The notes: generated by a model not told the origin, from the letters alone. A stretch of 64,000 nucleotides of DNA from an uncultured Pseudomonadota bacterium (GCA_963847705.1 CAWKBC010000032.1:64001-128000); one strand, 5' to 3'; positions 50,224 to 62,233 are shown, numbered from the stretch's first letter. A program made the numbers and translations.

Positions 50224-53037
50224 ATGAGCAGCCGACTCACGCTGGTCCTCGCCGCAGCCGCGGTCGCCGTCACGGTGACGCCGGCGCGCGCGCAGTCGCT
50301 GCGCCCGAACATCATGTTCCTGTTTGACAGCTCGGGCTCGATGCACGAGAACTCGAGCCTCGTCAACCAGGCCGACGGCACGACGGTCTGCCCCCAGAGC
50401 ACCACCAGCCGGATCTACAGCCTCAAGAGCGGCCTCCGGGCGGCGCTGCAGCAGGTGGGGACCGACGAAGCGAACTTCGGCCTCATGTCGTTCCCGGAGG
50501 TGGTTTCGAACACCTACACGGCCCTCACCGCCGGCCAATGCACCACGGAAACGCAGAACCCGATCGGGCACTACTCGGCCAGCCCGCAGCAGACGATGAC
50601 CGTGCCGAACCGGGCCGGCACCGGGTACCACAACGCCACCACGTACCCCATCGGCTGCCTGATGTCGACGAACAACTCGGCCAGCCAGACGACCTACGGC
50701 GCCTGGTTCACCAGCGGCGCCTCCCAGGTATTTCACGTCGGCGTGACCGCGGCCGCGGTGGGCACGATGCCGACGGCCGCGCAGTTCGACCCATCCGGCG
50801 CCACCCAGATGGCTTCAATCTACAAGTGGATCGACAACGTCGAGGCACCGACCAGCAACGGCCCGGTGACCGATCCCGAGCTGCACCCGAATGACTACAC
50901 CCCGCTCGGCCGTTCGCTCTTCTACGCGAACCTCTACTTCCAAAATGAGGTCATCCCCAACGACCCGAAGGGGTCCTGCCGTCACAACGTCATCGTGATC
51001 GCCACCGACGGGGACGAGACCTGCGATGATTCGACCGCGCCCGACAACACCTTCAAGAACGCCGACTGCTCGGGCGGCGGCAACTACGACGCCTTCAACC
51101 CGATCAACCAGGCCTGTCAGCTGGCGAAGGCCGGGGTCAAGGTCTACGTCATCACCGACACCACGGCCGACAACGCCAACGACGCCATCGCGGCCGCCGG
51201 CGGCACCAACGCCTCCATCCGCGTCTCGCTGAACGATCCGAACGCCGCCAAGAGCGCCATCGTCGGGATCATCGCGCAGAACGTCCCGCCCGTGGAGATC
51301 TGCAACGGCAAGGACGACAACTGCAACGGCCTCATCGACGAGGGCGTCTCCAATGAGTGCAGCACCTGCACGCCGGGGAACACCAACCCCAACTGCGGCA
51401 GCTTCGTCATCAGCCCCAACAACCCCAACGACCCCGACAACCTCCTGGGGACGGCTGCCAAGCACTGCGCCGTCGAGACCTGCAACTGCCTCGACGACAA
51501 CTGCAACGGGCAGATCGACGAGGGGCTGCCCCTCAACGCCTGTGGCAAACCGTGCGGCTGTGCGGTCCCCAAGGAGATCTGCAACGGGCTCGACGACAAC
51601 TGCGATGGGATCATCGACAACGGCAACTGGCCGACGGGCGCCGTTGGAACTCCCTGTAACAACGGCGCCATAGGCGCTTGCTACCGCACGGGGATCCTGG
51701 TCTGCAACGCCACCGGAACCGACACGGTCTGCAACGCGCCGATCGGGACGCCGCAACCAGAGGTCTGCAACGGCCTCGACGACAACTGCGACGGACAGAT
51801 CGACAACGCTCCGGCGGGCGGCACGCTGCCCGGCGTGGGCGAGGCCTGCGGCAACGGCCTCGGCGCCTGCCAGTCGGGGACCATCATCTGCGAGAACGGC
51901 AAGCTGCAGTGCAACGTGACCAGCACGCCCCAGCCGGAGGTGTGCGACGGCATCGACAACGACTGTGACGGTATCGTCGACGACGGCAACTTCCCGGAGA
52001 CCGGCCAGCCCTGCCTCTGTCCCGGCTTGACGGCGGCCGAGGTCGGCGTGGGCATTTGCCAGGCTGGCCATGAGCAGTGCATGGGTGCGCTCGGGTTCGT
52101 CTGCGTCGGCTGTGTGCTCCCCTCGGCGGGGGAGATCTGCAACGGCAAGGACAATAACTGCGACGGCGTGACGGACACCACCGGCAACTGCCCGAACGGC
52201 TACGGCTGCAAGGACGGCGCCTGTTCGCTCCAGTGCAAGGGGGGCGAGTTCCCCTGCCCGCTCGGCTACAAGTGCTCGAACAACTACTGCATCCCGCAGC
52301 GCTGCGCCAACGTCCCCCCCTGCCCGACCGGCCAGATGTGCGACGAAAACACCGGGTCTTGCGTCGACGATTGCGCGGGGGTCACCTGCACGGGTCCCCA
52401 CCAGACCTGCGTCGGCGGCCTCTGCGTCAACTGCTACGACGCCGGCTTCACCTGCCAGGCTGGGCAGCTCTGCCTGGACGGCCTCTGCAAGCCTGATCCC
52501 TGCAAGGGGGTCACCTGCACCGCCACCCAGTACTGCGCTAACGGCGCGTGCGTCAATCTGTGTGACTCGACCACCTGCCTCGCCGGCCAGCGTTGCGTCA
52601 ATGGCAACTGCCTCCCCGATCCCTGTGGAAACATGTACTGCCCGCCGGGACAGTTCTGCAATCCGAGCACCGTCGCCTGCGAGCCGAATCGCTGCCTCTC
52701 GACCCAATGCCCGGCGGGAGAAGCCTGCGTCTCGACCGCGGCGAGCACCTCGACGCTCACGAGCGAGATCTGCGAAGCAGATCCCTGCGCCACCATCGAC
52801 TGCCCCAGCACCTGCTACACGTGCACCGTCACCTCCGATGGCCTGGGGAGCTGCACGCTGAAGCCCGGTCCGGACGGGACACCCCTCTGCACGTCGGTCA
52901 CCACCAACGTCGGCCAGCGGGGCGGCGGCGAGTCGGGCTGCAGCTGCGCCGTGGGCGGCGGGTCTGACGGCTGGGGCTGGCTGGGACTGGTTCTGGGGCT
53001 CGGCCTCATCAGCGCGCGCCGACGCCGGCGAAGCTGA
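50224..53037 (+). CDS. vWA-domain surface protein with MopE-like and Cys-rich repeats and a MYXO-CTERM sorting signal
   Basis: Signal peptide; MIDAS motif FDSSGSM, TPL, ATDG; six ExCNGxDDNCxG-type repeats; C-terminus SGCSCAVGG..WLGLVLGLGLISARRRRRS. An alternative GTG at 50170 overlaps the upstream stop. Confidence 0.85.
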   Translation: MSSRLTLVLAAAAVAVTVTPARAQSLRPNIMFLFDSSGSMHENSSLVNQADGTTVCPQSTTSRIYSLKSGLRAALQQVGTDEANFGLMSFPEVVSNTYTALTAGQCTTETQNPIGHYSASPQQTMTVPNRAGTGYHNATTYPIGCLMSTNNSASQTTYGAWFTSGASQVFHVGVTAAAVGTMPTAAQFDPSGATQMASIYKWIDNVEAPTSNGPVTDPELHPNDYTPLGRSLFYANLYFQNEVIPNDPKGSCRHNVIVIATDGDETCDDSTAPDNTFKNADCSGGGNYDAFNPINQACQLAKAGVKVYVITDTTADNANDAIAAAGGTNASIRVSLNDPNAAKSAIVGIIAQNVPPVEICNGKDDNCNGLIDEGVSNECSTCTPGNTNPNCGSFVISPNNPNDPDNLLGTAAKHCAVETCNCLDDNCNGQIDEGLPLNACGKPCGCAVPKEICNGLDDNCDGIIDNGNWPTGAVGTPCNNGAIGACYRTGILVCNATGTDTVCNAPIGTPQPEVCNGLDDNCDGQIDNAPAGGTLPGVGEACGNGLGACQSGTIICENGKLQCNVTSTPQPEVCDGIDNDCDGIVDDGNFPETGQPCLCPGLTAAEVGVGICQAGHEQCMGALGFVCVGCVLPSAGEICNGKDNNCDGVTDTTGNCPNGYGCKDGACSLQCKGGEFPCPLGYKCSNNYCIPQRCANVPPCPTGQMCDENTGSCVDDCAGVTCTGPHQTCVGGLCVNCYDAGFTCQAGQLCLDGLCKPDPCKGVTCTATQYCANGACVNLCDSTTCLAGQRCVNGNCLPDPCGNMYCPPGQFCNPSTVACEPNRCLSTQCPAGEACVSTAASTSTLTSEICEADPCATIDCPSTCYTCTVTSDGLGSCTLKPGPDGTPLCTSVTTNVGQRGGGESGCSCAVGGGSDGWGWLGLVLGLGLISARRRRRS

Positions 53038-53055
53038 GCGGGGCCAAGCTGAGCG

Positions 53056-54291
53056 ATGGGCGGGGCGAGGAGCGCCAACGCCCCTGGCCAGGCCCCGCCG
53101 GCGGCGTTATCCTCCGCGGCCGTGACCGCCGCAGCCCTCCCCGCCGAAAGCGAGCTCCCCCGACCGGGCGCCGGCGCGCCTCTGCGCGGGCTGCTGCCGG
53201 CGGAGCTCGCGGCCTGGGCAACCGCGGCGGGCGCCCCCGCCTACCGCGCCGAGCAGATCTTCCGCTGGCTGCACGGCAAGACGGTCGAGACCGTCGACCA
53301 GATGGTCAACGTGCCGCCCGCCCTGCGGCAGGCGCTGACGGAGGCGCATCCGCTGCGCCCCCTGGTCCTGGACGTCCTTCAGACCGCGCGCGACGGCACA
53401 CGCAAGCTGCGCTGGCGGACACACGACGGCCGCGCCATCGAGTCGGTCCTCATCCCCGACGAGGACGCGGAGCGCAACCGACTGACCCTCTGCGTCTCCT
53501 CGCAGGTCGGCTGCGCCATCGACTGCCGGTTCTGCGCCACCGCAACGCTGGGGTTCGGCCGCCACCTCGGCGCCGACGAGATCGTCGAGCAGATCTACCG
53601 CGCCACGGCGCTGGCCGGCCGGCGGCCGACCAACCTGGTGTTCATGGGGATGGGCGAGCCGCTGCACAACTACGACAACCTGATGCGCGCGCTGGCGCTG
53701 CTGGAGCACCCCTGGGGCGCGGGCTTCTCGCCACGCCGGATCACCGTCTCGACGGCGGGGCTGGTCTCCGGGATCGACAAGCTGGCGGCGGCCAAGTCGG
53801 TCGCCGGTCAGGGCTCGGCCCCCAACCTGGCCATCTCGCTCAACGCCACCACTGACGAGGTGCGTGATCGGATCATGCCGATCAACAAGCGCTGGCCGAT
53901 CGCGGCGCTGCTGGAGGCCGCCCGGCGATTTCCCCTCTCGCACGGGCGCCGGGTCACCTTCGAGTACGTCCTGCTGGGCGGCGTCAACGACAGCGACGCC
54001 GACGCGGATCGCCTGCCGGGCCTCCTGCGGGGGATCCCCTCCAAGGTGAACCTCATCCCCTGGAACGGGTTTGCAGGCCCCGAGTTCGTGCGCCCCCCCG
54101 CGGAGCGCATCCGGAGCTTCCAGGAGCGCCTCCGCGCGGCCGGCGTCGCCGTCTACATCCGCTCGCCCCGCGGTGACGACATCGACGCCGCCTGCGGGCA
54201 ACTGGCCGCCCGTCAAGACGCCGAGACTCCGAAGGCCCCCGGCGCGCTGGCGACCATCCGGGTCGGACCATGGCCACCGACGACGAGCTGA
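53056..54291 (+). CDS. rlmN: 23S rRNA m2A2503 / tRNA radical SAM methyltransferase
   Basis: CVSSQVGCAIDCRFC, FMGMGEP, TFEYVL, NLIP, RGDDIDAACGQL. Start may be GTG 53122. Confidence 0.95.
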   Translation: MGGARSANAPGQAPPAALSSAAVTAAALPAESELPRPGAGAPLRGLLPAELAAWATAAGAPAYRAEQIFRWLHGKTVETVDQMVNVPPALRQALTEAHPLRPLVLDVLQTARDGTRKLRWRTHDGRAIESVLIPDEDAERNRLTLCVSSQVGCAIDCRFCATATLGFGRHLGADEIVEQIYRATALAGRRPTNLVFMGMGEPLHNYDNLMRALALLEHPWGAGFSPRRITVSTAGLVSGIDKLAAAKSVAGQGSAPNLAISLNATTDEVRDRIMPINKRWPIAALLEAARRFPLSHGRRVTFEYVLLGGVNDSDADADRLPGLLRGIPSKVNLIPWNGFAGPEFVRPPAERIRSFQERLRAAGVAVYIRSPRGDDIDAACGQLAARQDAETPKAPGALATIRVGPWPPTTS

Positions 54292-54899
54292 CCGCCGCCC
54301 GCGATCTGGCGATCGACGCCTGCGGCCGCATCGCCGAGTTCTGGGGCTTCACCCGCACGATGGGCCGCGCCTTCGGCCTGCTCTACCTGTCGCGCGAGCC
54401 GCTCGGGCAGGGGGAGCTGCAGCTGCGGCTGGGGATCTCGGTGGGGAGCGCCTCGATGACGCTGGCGGCGCTGGGGCGCTGGGGGGTCGTCCACAAGGTC
54501 TGGGTGCGCGGGCAGCGCCGCGAGCACTACCAGGCCGAGACCGACTTCTGGAAGATGATCTCCGGCGTGCTCAACGAGCGGGAGCGGCGGGAAATCGGCG
54601 CCGCGGTCGAGGTGGTCGGGCGCGCCGAAAAGACCGCGCGCGCGGCCCAGGCCGCGCTCGCCGGACCGTCGGCTCCCCGCCGGGCCAGGGCGGAGGCCGA
54701 CTTCGTGGTCGAGCGGGTCGTCCGCCTGGGCGAGATCTGCCGCCTCGGCGAGACGATGCTCGACATGTTGCTCGGCCAGCTCACCCTCGACGTCGGCCAG
54801 TTCCGTGACGCCTTCAAGGTCCCCTCCCCCCTGGCCACCGCGCCGCCGGGTGAACCGTCGGCGCCGATCCCAGCGCGCGCTCAGCGCCGCCGGCGCTAG
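54270..54899 (+). CDS. GbsR/MarR-family winged-helix transcriptional regulator
   Basis: EFWGFTRTMGRAFGLLYL..P, LGISVGSASM, WGVVHK..GQRREHYQAETDFW. Confidence 0.85.
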   Translation: MATDDELTAARDLAIDACGRIAEFWGFTRTMGRAFGLLYLSREPLGQGELQLRLGISVGSASMTLAALGRWGVVHKVWVRGQRREHYQAETDFWKMISGVLNERERREIGAAVEVVGRAEKTARAAQAALAGPSAPRRARAEADFVVERVVRLGEICRLGETMLDMLLGQLTLDVGQFRDAFKVPSPLATAPPGEPSAPIPARAQRRRR

Positions 54900-54905
54900 G
54901 GCGCA

Positions 54906-57443
54906 TCAGGCCTCCTCGCTCCGGAGCAGGTGCTCGAGGAGATTGTGATCGATGGGCTTCACGAAGACCCGCTCGAAGCCCGCGACGGCGGCCTTGGCGG
55001 CGTCACCCGGCTGGCCGTAGCCCGTCATCGCGAAATACCGACAGGTCCCTTCTCGAAGGTCTCTGCGCAGGGAGCGCACCAGCTGGTAGCCGTCCATCAC
55101 CGGCAGACCGATGTCGAGCAGAGCCACCTCGGGCTCGAACTCGCTGGATAAGGAGAGCGCGGTGGGACCATCGTGGGCGACGCGCACCTCATGTCCGTCC
55201 AGCGCGAGCAGCTCGGCCAGCGAATCGGCGGCGTCCTGGTTGTCATCCACCACCAGCACGCGCTTCTTGACCTGGCCGGACGCACCCGCCGGGGCCACCC
55301 ACTTCCGCTCATCCCCGGGTGGTGATGCCGCGTCCGTGATGAGGCCCGGGAGCCGTACCACGAACTCGCTGCCGCGTCCGAGACCGTCGCTGCTGGCGCG
55401 CACGGACCCGCCGTGTAACCCGACCAGGCCCTTCACGACCGCCAGACCGAGTCCGAGCCCGCCGTCGCTCCGGGAGGCGTCGCGGGGACCTTGAACGAAC
55501 GGCTCGAACAGGCGCCGCAGCAGCTCTGCATCCAGCCCCTGGCCGTCGTCCTGCACCCGTATGACGAGCTCGCCGCCGTCGGCGGCGACCGACAGATTCA
55601 CGTGGCCCCCAGCCGGCGTGTAGCGCGCGGCGTTCGAGAGGAGATTGGCGATCACCTGCTTGATGCGCGTCCCGTCACCGTGCCAGCGGAGGTTCGGCGT
55701 GACCCGGACCTGCAGCTGATGACGGCGCTGGCTGAGGAGCGTGTCCACGATTTCGAGCGCGTCCTCCACCAGCGCCGAGACGTCGCAATCCTCGCGCCGC
55801 AGCTCGATCTTCCCGCGCGTCACCCGCGAGATGTCGAGGAGATCGTCGACCAGACGAACCAGGTGTTTCACCTGGCGCGCGATGATGGCGCGTTCGCGAC
55901 CGGTGTCCCCGCCCTCGCGACGTCCCATGAGGGTGAGCGCCGTCACGATCGGGGAGAGGGGATTGCGCAGCTCGTGCCCCAGCATGGCCAGGAACTGATC
56001 CTTGGCCTGGGACGACTGCTCCAGCTCGCGAACCAGCGTCGCGCGCTCCGCGGCCGTGCGCTCGAGGTCCCGCCTGGCCTGAACTCTGGCGGTCATCTCG
56101 ACGGCCACGACCATCATCGCGTCGACGACCTCGCCTTGGGTCCGGATCGGCACCACCGTGAAGTCGAAGAACCTCTCCTCGACGACGTTGTCGCTCTCTC
56201 GCGCCAAGGGGACGAGCTGCTCGTTCGCGAAGAACGTCTCACCGCCGTCGTAGACCTTCCTGAGGATCTCCTGCACCGGCGTGCCGAGCAGCTCGGGAAA
56301 ACACGCGCCCCACTCTCGTCCGACGACCTGGCGGCCCACCATGCGGACATAGAGCTCATTGGCCAGCTCGTAGCGCCATCCGGGACCCACCATGAGCGCC
56401 GCCGCGAAGGGGGCCTGCAGCAAGAGATCGCGGCGGGCCCCCTCGGCTGCCAGGCGCGCACCTTGAGAACGGATCCGCTGCGCGGCGCTGGTCAGTTGCC
56501 GCTCGAGGCCGAGGACGTGCTCTCGATACGCCGCATCGTACGGAAGACGAGGGCTGAGGCCGATGACGAGCTGGCCGTAAGGCGCCGCGCCCGGACCGTC
56601 GCGCAGCGGCACGACGACGGCATGCGTGCTGGCTTCAGGCCAGGGCGTCCCGGGCAGCGCCGACACCCCGGACAGGTCAATCAGCGTCAGCATGTGCTGC
56701 GACAGGCGCCCGGTGTCTGCTTCCAGCCGTGCCAGGAGATGCGCAAAGAGGGCCGCCGCACCTTCGGCGCCGAGGCCGCTGGTGGCAATCGGGACCCGCC
56801 CTGGGGAATTGCCGTCGCCGTGAAAGGCCAGCGCCCAGGGGGAGTCCTCCGGCGTCGCGGCGAGCGCCCGAACCACGGCGTGCGCCACATCGTCGGTGTG
56901 CTCCGCGCCGCTCAGCAGCTCGGCGACGTTTTGCGCGGTCCGGAGGCGGCGCAGAGCGACCACCCGGGACGTCGTCTCGGTGACCACCACGAGCACCCCC
57001 GCGATCGCGCCGTCGGCTTCGCGCACGGGCGAGTACCCGTACGTCCAGTAGACCTCCTCCATGCGGCCGTTCCGAAAGATCGGAACCAGAGCGTCCTCGT
57101 GGAACGTCGACTCTCCCTGCTGCACGCCGGCGATTTCTGGTCCGATGATGGGCCAGATTTCGGCCCAACACTCGCGGCCGCGCTGGCCCATGGCAGACGG
57201 ATGCCGGCCGACGCCGAAGCTCGGCGTGTAGCCGTCGTTGTAGAACTGCACCAGGTCGCTGCCCCACCACAGGAACATCGGGTGATGGGAGTGCAGCATC
57301 ATGGAGACCAGGCTCTTCAGGCTCTGCGGCCAGGTGTCGACGGGGCCGACCGAGGTCGACGCCCAGTCCACCTTGCGGATGAGCTTCGCGCTCTCGCCGC
57401 CGCCAGCTCCCAGCCAGCTCCAGGGATCTCGACTCATCACCAA
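54906..57443 (-). CDS. Hybrid sensor histidine kinase (PAS/GAF-PAS-HisKA-HATPase-REC)
   Basis: DWASTSVGP..WPQSL, LGHELRNPL, NLLSNAARYT, DDGQG, GLGLGL; REC VVDDN, LLDIGLP, VKP. Confidence 0.93.
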   Translation of the reverse strand: MVMSRDPWSWLGAGGGESAKLIRKVDWASTSVGPVDTWPQSLKSLVSMMLHSHHPMFLWWGSDLVQFYNDGYTPSFGVGRHPSAMGQRGRECWAEIWPIIGPEIAGVQQGESTFHEDALVPIFRNGRMEEVYWTYGYSPVREADGAIAGVLVVVTETTSRVVALRRLRTAQNVAELLSGAEHTDDVAHAVVRALAATPEDSPWALAFHGDGNSPGRVPIATSGLGAEGAAALFAHLLARLEADTGRLSQHMLTLIDLSGVSALPGTPWPEASTHAVVVPLRDGPGAAPYGQLVIGLSPRLPYDAAYREHVLGLERQLTSAAQRIRSQGARLAAEGARRDLLLQAPFAAALMVGPGWRYELANELYVRMVGRQVVGREWGACFPELLGTPVQEILRKVYDGGETFFANEQLVPLARESDNVVEERFFDFTVVPIRTQGEVVDAMMVVAVEMTARVQARRDLERTAAERATLVRELEQSSQAKDQFLAMLGHELRNPLSPIVTALTLMGRREGGDTGRERAIIARQVKHLVRLVDDLLDISRVTRGKIELRREDCDVSALVEDALEIVDTLLSQRRHQLQVRVTPNLRWHGDGTRIKQVIANLLSNAARYTPAGGHVNLSVAADGGELVIRVQDDGQGLDAELLRRLFEPFVQGPRDASRSDGGLGLGLAVVKGLVGLHGGSVRASSDGLGRGSEFVVRLPGLITDAASPPGDERKWVAPAGASGQVKKRVLVVDDNQDAADSLAELLALDGHEVRVAHDGPTALSLSSEFEPEVALLDIGLPVMDGYQLVRSLRRDLREGTCRYFAMTGYGQPGDAAKAAVAGFERVFVKPIDHNLLEHLLRSEEA

Positions 57444-57497
57444 GACCGACGCGTCAGACGCGCGCGTGGTGCTTCCAACATCTCAGAACCTTACATA

Positions 57498-57557
57498 TCA
57501 CCGGCCGAATGGGCGTGTCACCGGCCGAATGGGCGTGTCACCGGCCGAATGGGCGTG
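57498..57557. repeat. Perfect 20-bp tandem repeat x3 upstream of the hybrid kinase
   Basis: TCACCGGCCGAATGGGCGTG three times. Confidence 0.92.
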
Positions 57558-57628
57558 CAGCAAGCATCGACCACGCAGTTCGATACGCAGGCTGGACCGA
57601 CCGATCGTCCCTCCGCGGGTGGGGCGCT

Positions 57629-58591
57629 TTACCCGGGCGGAAGGTCGGCCCAGTTGTGCCGCGCGCAGATCGCCGCCAGCGACGCGGCCTCGGCGCTGCC
57701 GGGCTCGGGCGCCTGCGCGTAGGCCCAGCGAACCTCGGGCGGCAACGACATCAGGATCGATTCGACCCGCCCGTCGGTGCGCAGGCCGAACACCGTGCCG
57801 CGGTCATAGAGGAGATTGAACTCGACGTAGCGCCCGCGGCGCACGAGCTGCCAGTCGCGTTCGCGCTCGCCCCAGGGGTCGGCGCGCCGCCGTTCGACGA
57901 TCGGCAGGTAAGCGGCCAGCACGGTCTCGCCGACGTCGCGCACGAAGGCGAACATCGCCTCGGCGTCCGCCTCGCGCGGCGATGGCGGGTCGGGGGCGGC
58001 CTGGCCTGCGGTCGCCTCGGCCCCGGCGCCGAGGTAGTCGAAGAAGAGGCCCCCCACCCCGCGTGGCTCGTTGCGGTGGGGCAAGAAGAAGTAGTCGTCG
58101 CACCAGCGCTTCCAGCGCGGGTAAAAGCCGGCGTCGTGCCTGGCGCAGCAGTCACGCAGCGTCTGGTGAAACGAGGTCGCGTCCTCGGGGACGACGTAGT
58201 ACGGCGTCAGATCCGTCCCGCCGCCGAACCAGCTCCGGACGCCGCGCTGGATGTGCCTGACGTTGGCGTGCACGGTCGGGATGCGCGGGCTTCGGGGGTG
58301 GAAGATGAGCGAGAGGCCGGTGGCCCGGAAGTCGAGCCCCTCGCCCGGCAGCGCCCGGGCCATCTCCGGCCGCAGCGTCCCCTGCACGTCGGAGAACCCC
58401 ACGCCAGCCTTTTCGAACAGCGCGCCGCCGGCCAGGACCCGCGTGCGGCCGCCGCCCCCGCCCGGCCGCGTCCAGGCGTCCTCGCGAAAACGGCCACCGC
58501 CGTCGGCGGTCTCGATCGCGGCCGTGATCCGGTCCTGAAGACCGCGGAAGAAATCACGCGTGCGGTCGCCGAGGGGAGCCAGCTCGGACAT
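57629..58591 (-). CDS. hemF: Oxygen-dependent coproporphyrinogen III oxidase
   Basis: GGGGRTRV, FEKAGV, PTVHANVR, WFGGGTDLTP, RRGRYVEFNLLYDRGT. Confidence 0.96.
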   Translation of the reverse strand: MSELAPLGDRTRDFFRGLQDRITAAIETADGGGRFREDAWTRPGGGGGRTRVLAGGALFEKAGVGFSDVQGTLRPEMARALPGEGLDFRATGLSLIFHPRSPRIPTVHANVRHIQRGVRSWFGGGTDLTPYYVVPEDATSFHQTLRDCCARHDAGFYPRWKRWCDDYFFLPHRNEPRGVGGLFFDYLGAGAEATAGQAAPDPPSPREADAEAMFAFVRDVGETVLAAYLPIVERRRADPWGERERDWQLVRRGRYVEFNLLYDRGTVFGLRTDGRVESILMSLPPEVRWAYAQAPEPGSAEAASLAAICARHNWADLPPG

Positions 58592-58598
58592 CAGCGCT

Positions 58599-60665
58599 TC
58601 AGCTCCTCGCTCCGCTCGGCGTCTTCAGGGTCACGATCCGCCGCTTCACGTCGCGGAACCCCGGATCGCGCTTGCCGACGTTCTCGAAGAAGTAGAGCGC
58701 CTCGCGGATGTCCCCCAGCTGCTCGAAGACCGCGCCGAGGAGGTAGTAGAGCTCGACCGACTCCTGCGCGGTGGCCTGCGGCAGGTTGAGCGCCTCCTTG
58801 TAGCGCTTCACCGCCTCGCCCAGCTCCCCCTTGGCCTCGACGCACTCGCCGATCATCGTGTAGGCGAAGACCGCGCGCGTCTTGTCGGCCGCCAGTTGCT
58901 TGAACTCCTCGATGGCGGCGTCGTGAAGGCCCATCTGCTTGTAGGCGATCCCCAGATCGCCGTGGGTGGCCGGATCGGCGTTCTCCGACGCGGACAGCTT
59001 GGCCACCGGGCCATTCGGCGCCGCGGGGGCACCACCGCCCGGGATGGCGCCGTGGCCCTCCGAGGCATAGGCGCGACGCCGCTCGGCCAGCAGCGGATGG
59101 CCGGGGAAGCGCTGCTCCAGATCGACCAGCACCGCGCGCGCCTCGTCGTGCAGCGACTGCTGCGCGAAGAAGTCGAGCTGCTCGAGCTCTGTGGCCAGCT
59201 CGTCGGCGGCGGACCTCCCCTTGGGCTCGGGGGCGGGCGCGGCGGCGCGGCGCCCGAGCAGACGCGCCGCCTGGGCGCAGGCCGGATCCAGCGCCAGCGC
59301 CCGCTCGGCAAGCTTGGGCGCGGCGTCATCGCCGGCGGCGTGCAGCTGCTCTGCCAGCGTGGCCAGCTCCACCGCGGCCTCGCGCTTGCGTCCGGTCTGG
59401 ACCAGGACGGCGGCCAGCCGTTCGCGCGCTTCGTGGTGCTCCGGCTCGATCGCGAAGATCCGGCGCAGGTGATCGACGGCCCGCTCGGCGAGGCCGTACT
59501 TCACGAAGACGTCGGCCTCCGACAGGATGCGCGCCACGTCGCTCATGGGCGTCAGCCCGGAAGCGCCAGGTCCGCCGGAAGTCCCCAGCCGCGACATCCC
59601 CGGCGACATCCCCGAGCCTCCCGATCGCAGGCCCGACCGGCCTTCCGTTCGATCCTGCGGGGCGAACTCGGGCGGCACCGCCTGCACGCTGGTCACGACC
59701 GAAGAGATCGTCCCGGAGGGAACCCTGGGCGGCGGCAGGCGAACGCGCGCCGCCGCCGCGCCGAGCGACAGCCCCCAGCGCGCCGCCATCTCGCGCGTCT
59801 CCCCGTCGGTGGCATCGAGCGCCAGCGCCGCGCGCACCGCGGCGTCCCGGGCGTCCTCCCGGTGCGCCTCGGCGTGGATCTCGGCCAGCTCGCGCCAGAC
59901 CGGAATCGCCTTGCGCGGATCGAGCTCGACCATCGCCTCGGCCAGCAGCGTGACGTTCTGCGGATCGCGCGGCGCCGCCTTGAGCGCGCCCTGCAGCTTG
60001 GACAGCGCCAGCCGCGGGTTCTTGCGCGCGATGTAGGCCGCCGCCAGATCGCGCGCCACCGCGAAGTTGTCGGGGCGGTGAAACAGCAGGCGCTCCGCCA
60101 CGCGCACGTACTCGTCGGCGCGCCCCTCCATCTTCAGCTGGTCGCTGGCCTGCCCGAACTCGCGGATGGCCTCCTCCGTCCGCCCCGCCTGCGACGCTGC
60201 CTCGGCGAGCCGGATGCGCGAGACGACGTTGTCCGGGTGGAGCTCCACCATCTTGCGCAGCGCCGGCAGCGCGTCGGCCGGCCGACTCGACTGCTGCAGC
60301 TCGGCGACCGCCAGCTCCAGCTCATGCAGCGCGTCGGCCACCATCCCCAGGCGCCGGTAGGCCTCCGACAGCGCGATCCGCACGTGCGGCAGCCCGGGCG
60401 TCAGCTTGAGGACGCTCTTGTAGACGGTGACCGCCTTGGGCAGGAACCCCTGGCCGATGTAGATCTCGGCGGTGCGCAGGTAGATCTCGCGCGCCTCGGC
60501 CAGCGCGCCGTGGCGGACGTGGATCTCGGCCATCTTCAGCCAGGTGCGGGTGTCGGCCGCGTCCTCCTGGACCACGCGCGCGAACTCCTCCAGGGCGCGG
60601 TGGTCCTGCCCCCGCTCCAAGAACTTCTGTGCCGCGGCGAGATGCTTGTCTTTCTTCGTCAGCAC
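58599..60665 (-). CDS. sgmX: TPR protein, SgmX-like (type IV pilus activator / MglA effector homologue)
   Basis: N-terminal TPRs (KHLAAAQKFLERG..GFLPKAVTVYKSVLKL) and C-terminal THGDLGIAYKQMGL resemble M. xanthus SgmX as I recall it; same position downstream of accC. Confidence 0.7.
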   Translation of the reverse strand: MLTKKDKHLAAAQKFLERGQDHRALEEFARVVQEDAADTRTWLKMAEIHVRHGALAEAREIYLRTAEIYIGQGFLPKAVTVYKSVLKLTPGLPHVRIALSEAYRRLGMVADALHELELAVAELQQSSRPADALPALRKMVELHPDNVVSRIRLAEAASQAGRTEEAIREFGQASDQLKMEGRADEYVRVAERLLFHRPDNFAVARDLAAAYIARKNPRLALSKLQGALKAAPRDPQNVTLLAEAMVELDPRKAIPVWRELAEIHAEAHREDARDAAVRAALALDATDGETREMAARWGLSLGAAAARVRLPPPRVPSGTISSVVTSVQAVPPEFAPQDRTEGRSGLRSGGSGMSPGMSRLGTSGGPGASGLTPMSDVARILSEADVFVKYGLAERAVDHLRRIFAIEPEHHEARERLAAVLVQTGRKREAAVELATLAEQLHAAGDDAAPKLAERALALDPACAQAARLLGRRAAAPAPEPKGRSAADELATELEQLDFFAQQSLHDEARAVLVDLEQRFPGHPLLAERRRAYASEGHGAIPGGGAPAAPNGPVAKLSASENADPATHGDLGIAYKQMGLHDAAIEEFKQLAADKTRAVFAYTMIGECVEAKGELGEAVKRYKEALNLPQATAQESVELYYLLGAVFEQLGDIREALYFFENVGKRDPGFRDVKRRIVTLKTPSGARS

Positions 60666-60678
60666 CGGCCGGCTAAGT

Positions 60679-61998
<1,320 letters not shown>

Positions 61999-62001
<3 letters not shown>

Positions 62002-62220
62002 GGGAGCCCTGGGAGGGTTCCCATACCCTCCCGCGAAGAGCTCGGTCGAGCGAAGCTCGCCCTCCCTCGACATGGGAACCCTGGGAGGGTTCCCATACCC
62101 TCCCGCGAAGAGCTCGGTCGAGCGAAGCTCGCCCTCCCTCGACATGGGAACCCTGGGAGGGTTCCCATACCCTCCCGCGAAGAGCTCGGTCGAGCGAAGC
62201 TCGCCCTCCCTCACGCGATC
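61999..62220. repeat. Dispersed palindromic repeat, three tandem 72-bp A-B units between accB and accC
   Basis: CATGGGAACCCTGGGAGGGTTCCCATACCCTCCCGCGAAGAGCTCGGTCGAGCGAAGCTCGCCCTCCCTCGA at 61999, 62071 and 62143, ending ACGCGATC. Confidence 0.95.
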
Positions 62221-62233
62221 CGCGCCTCATTTA

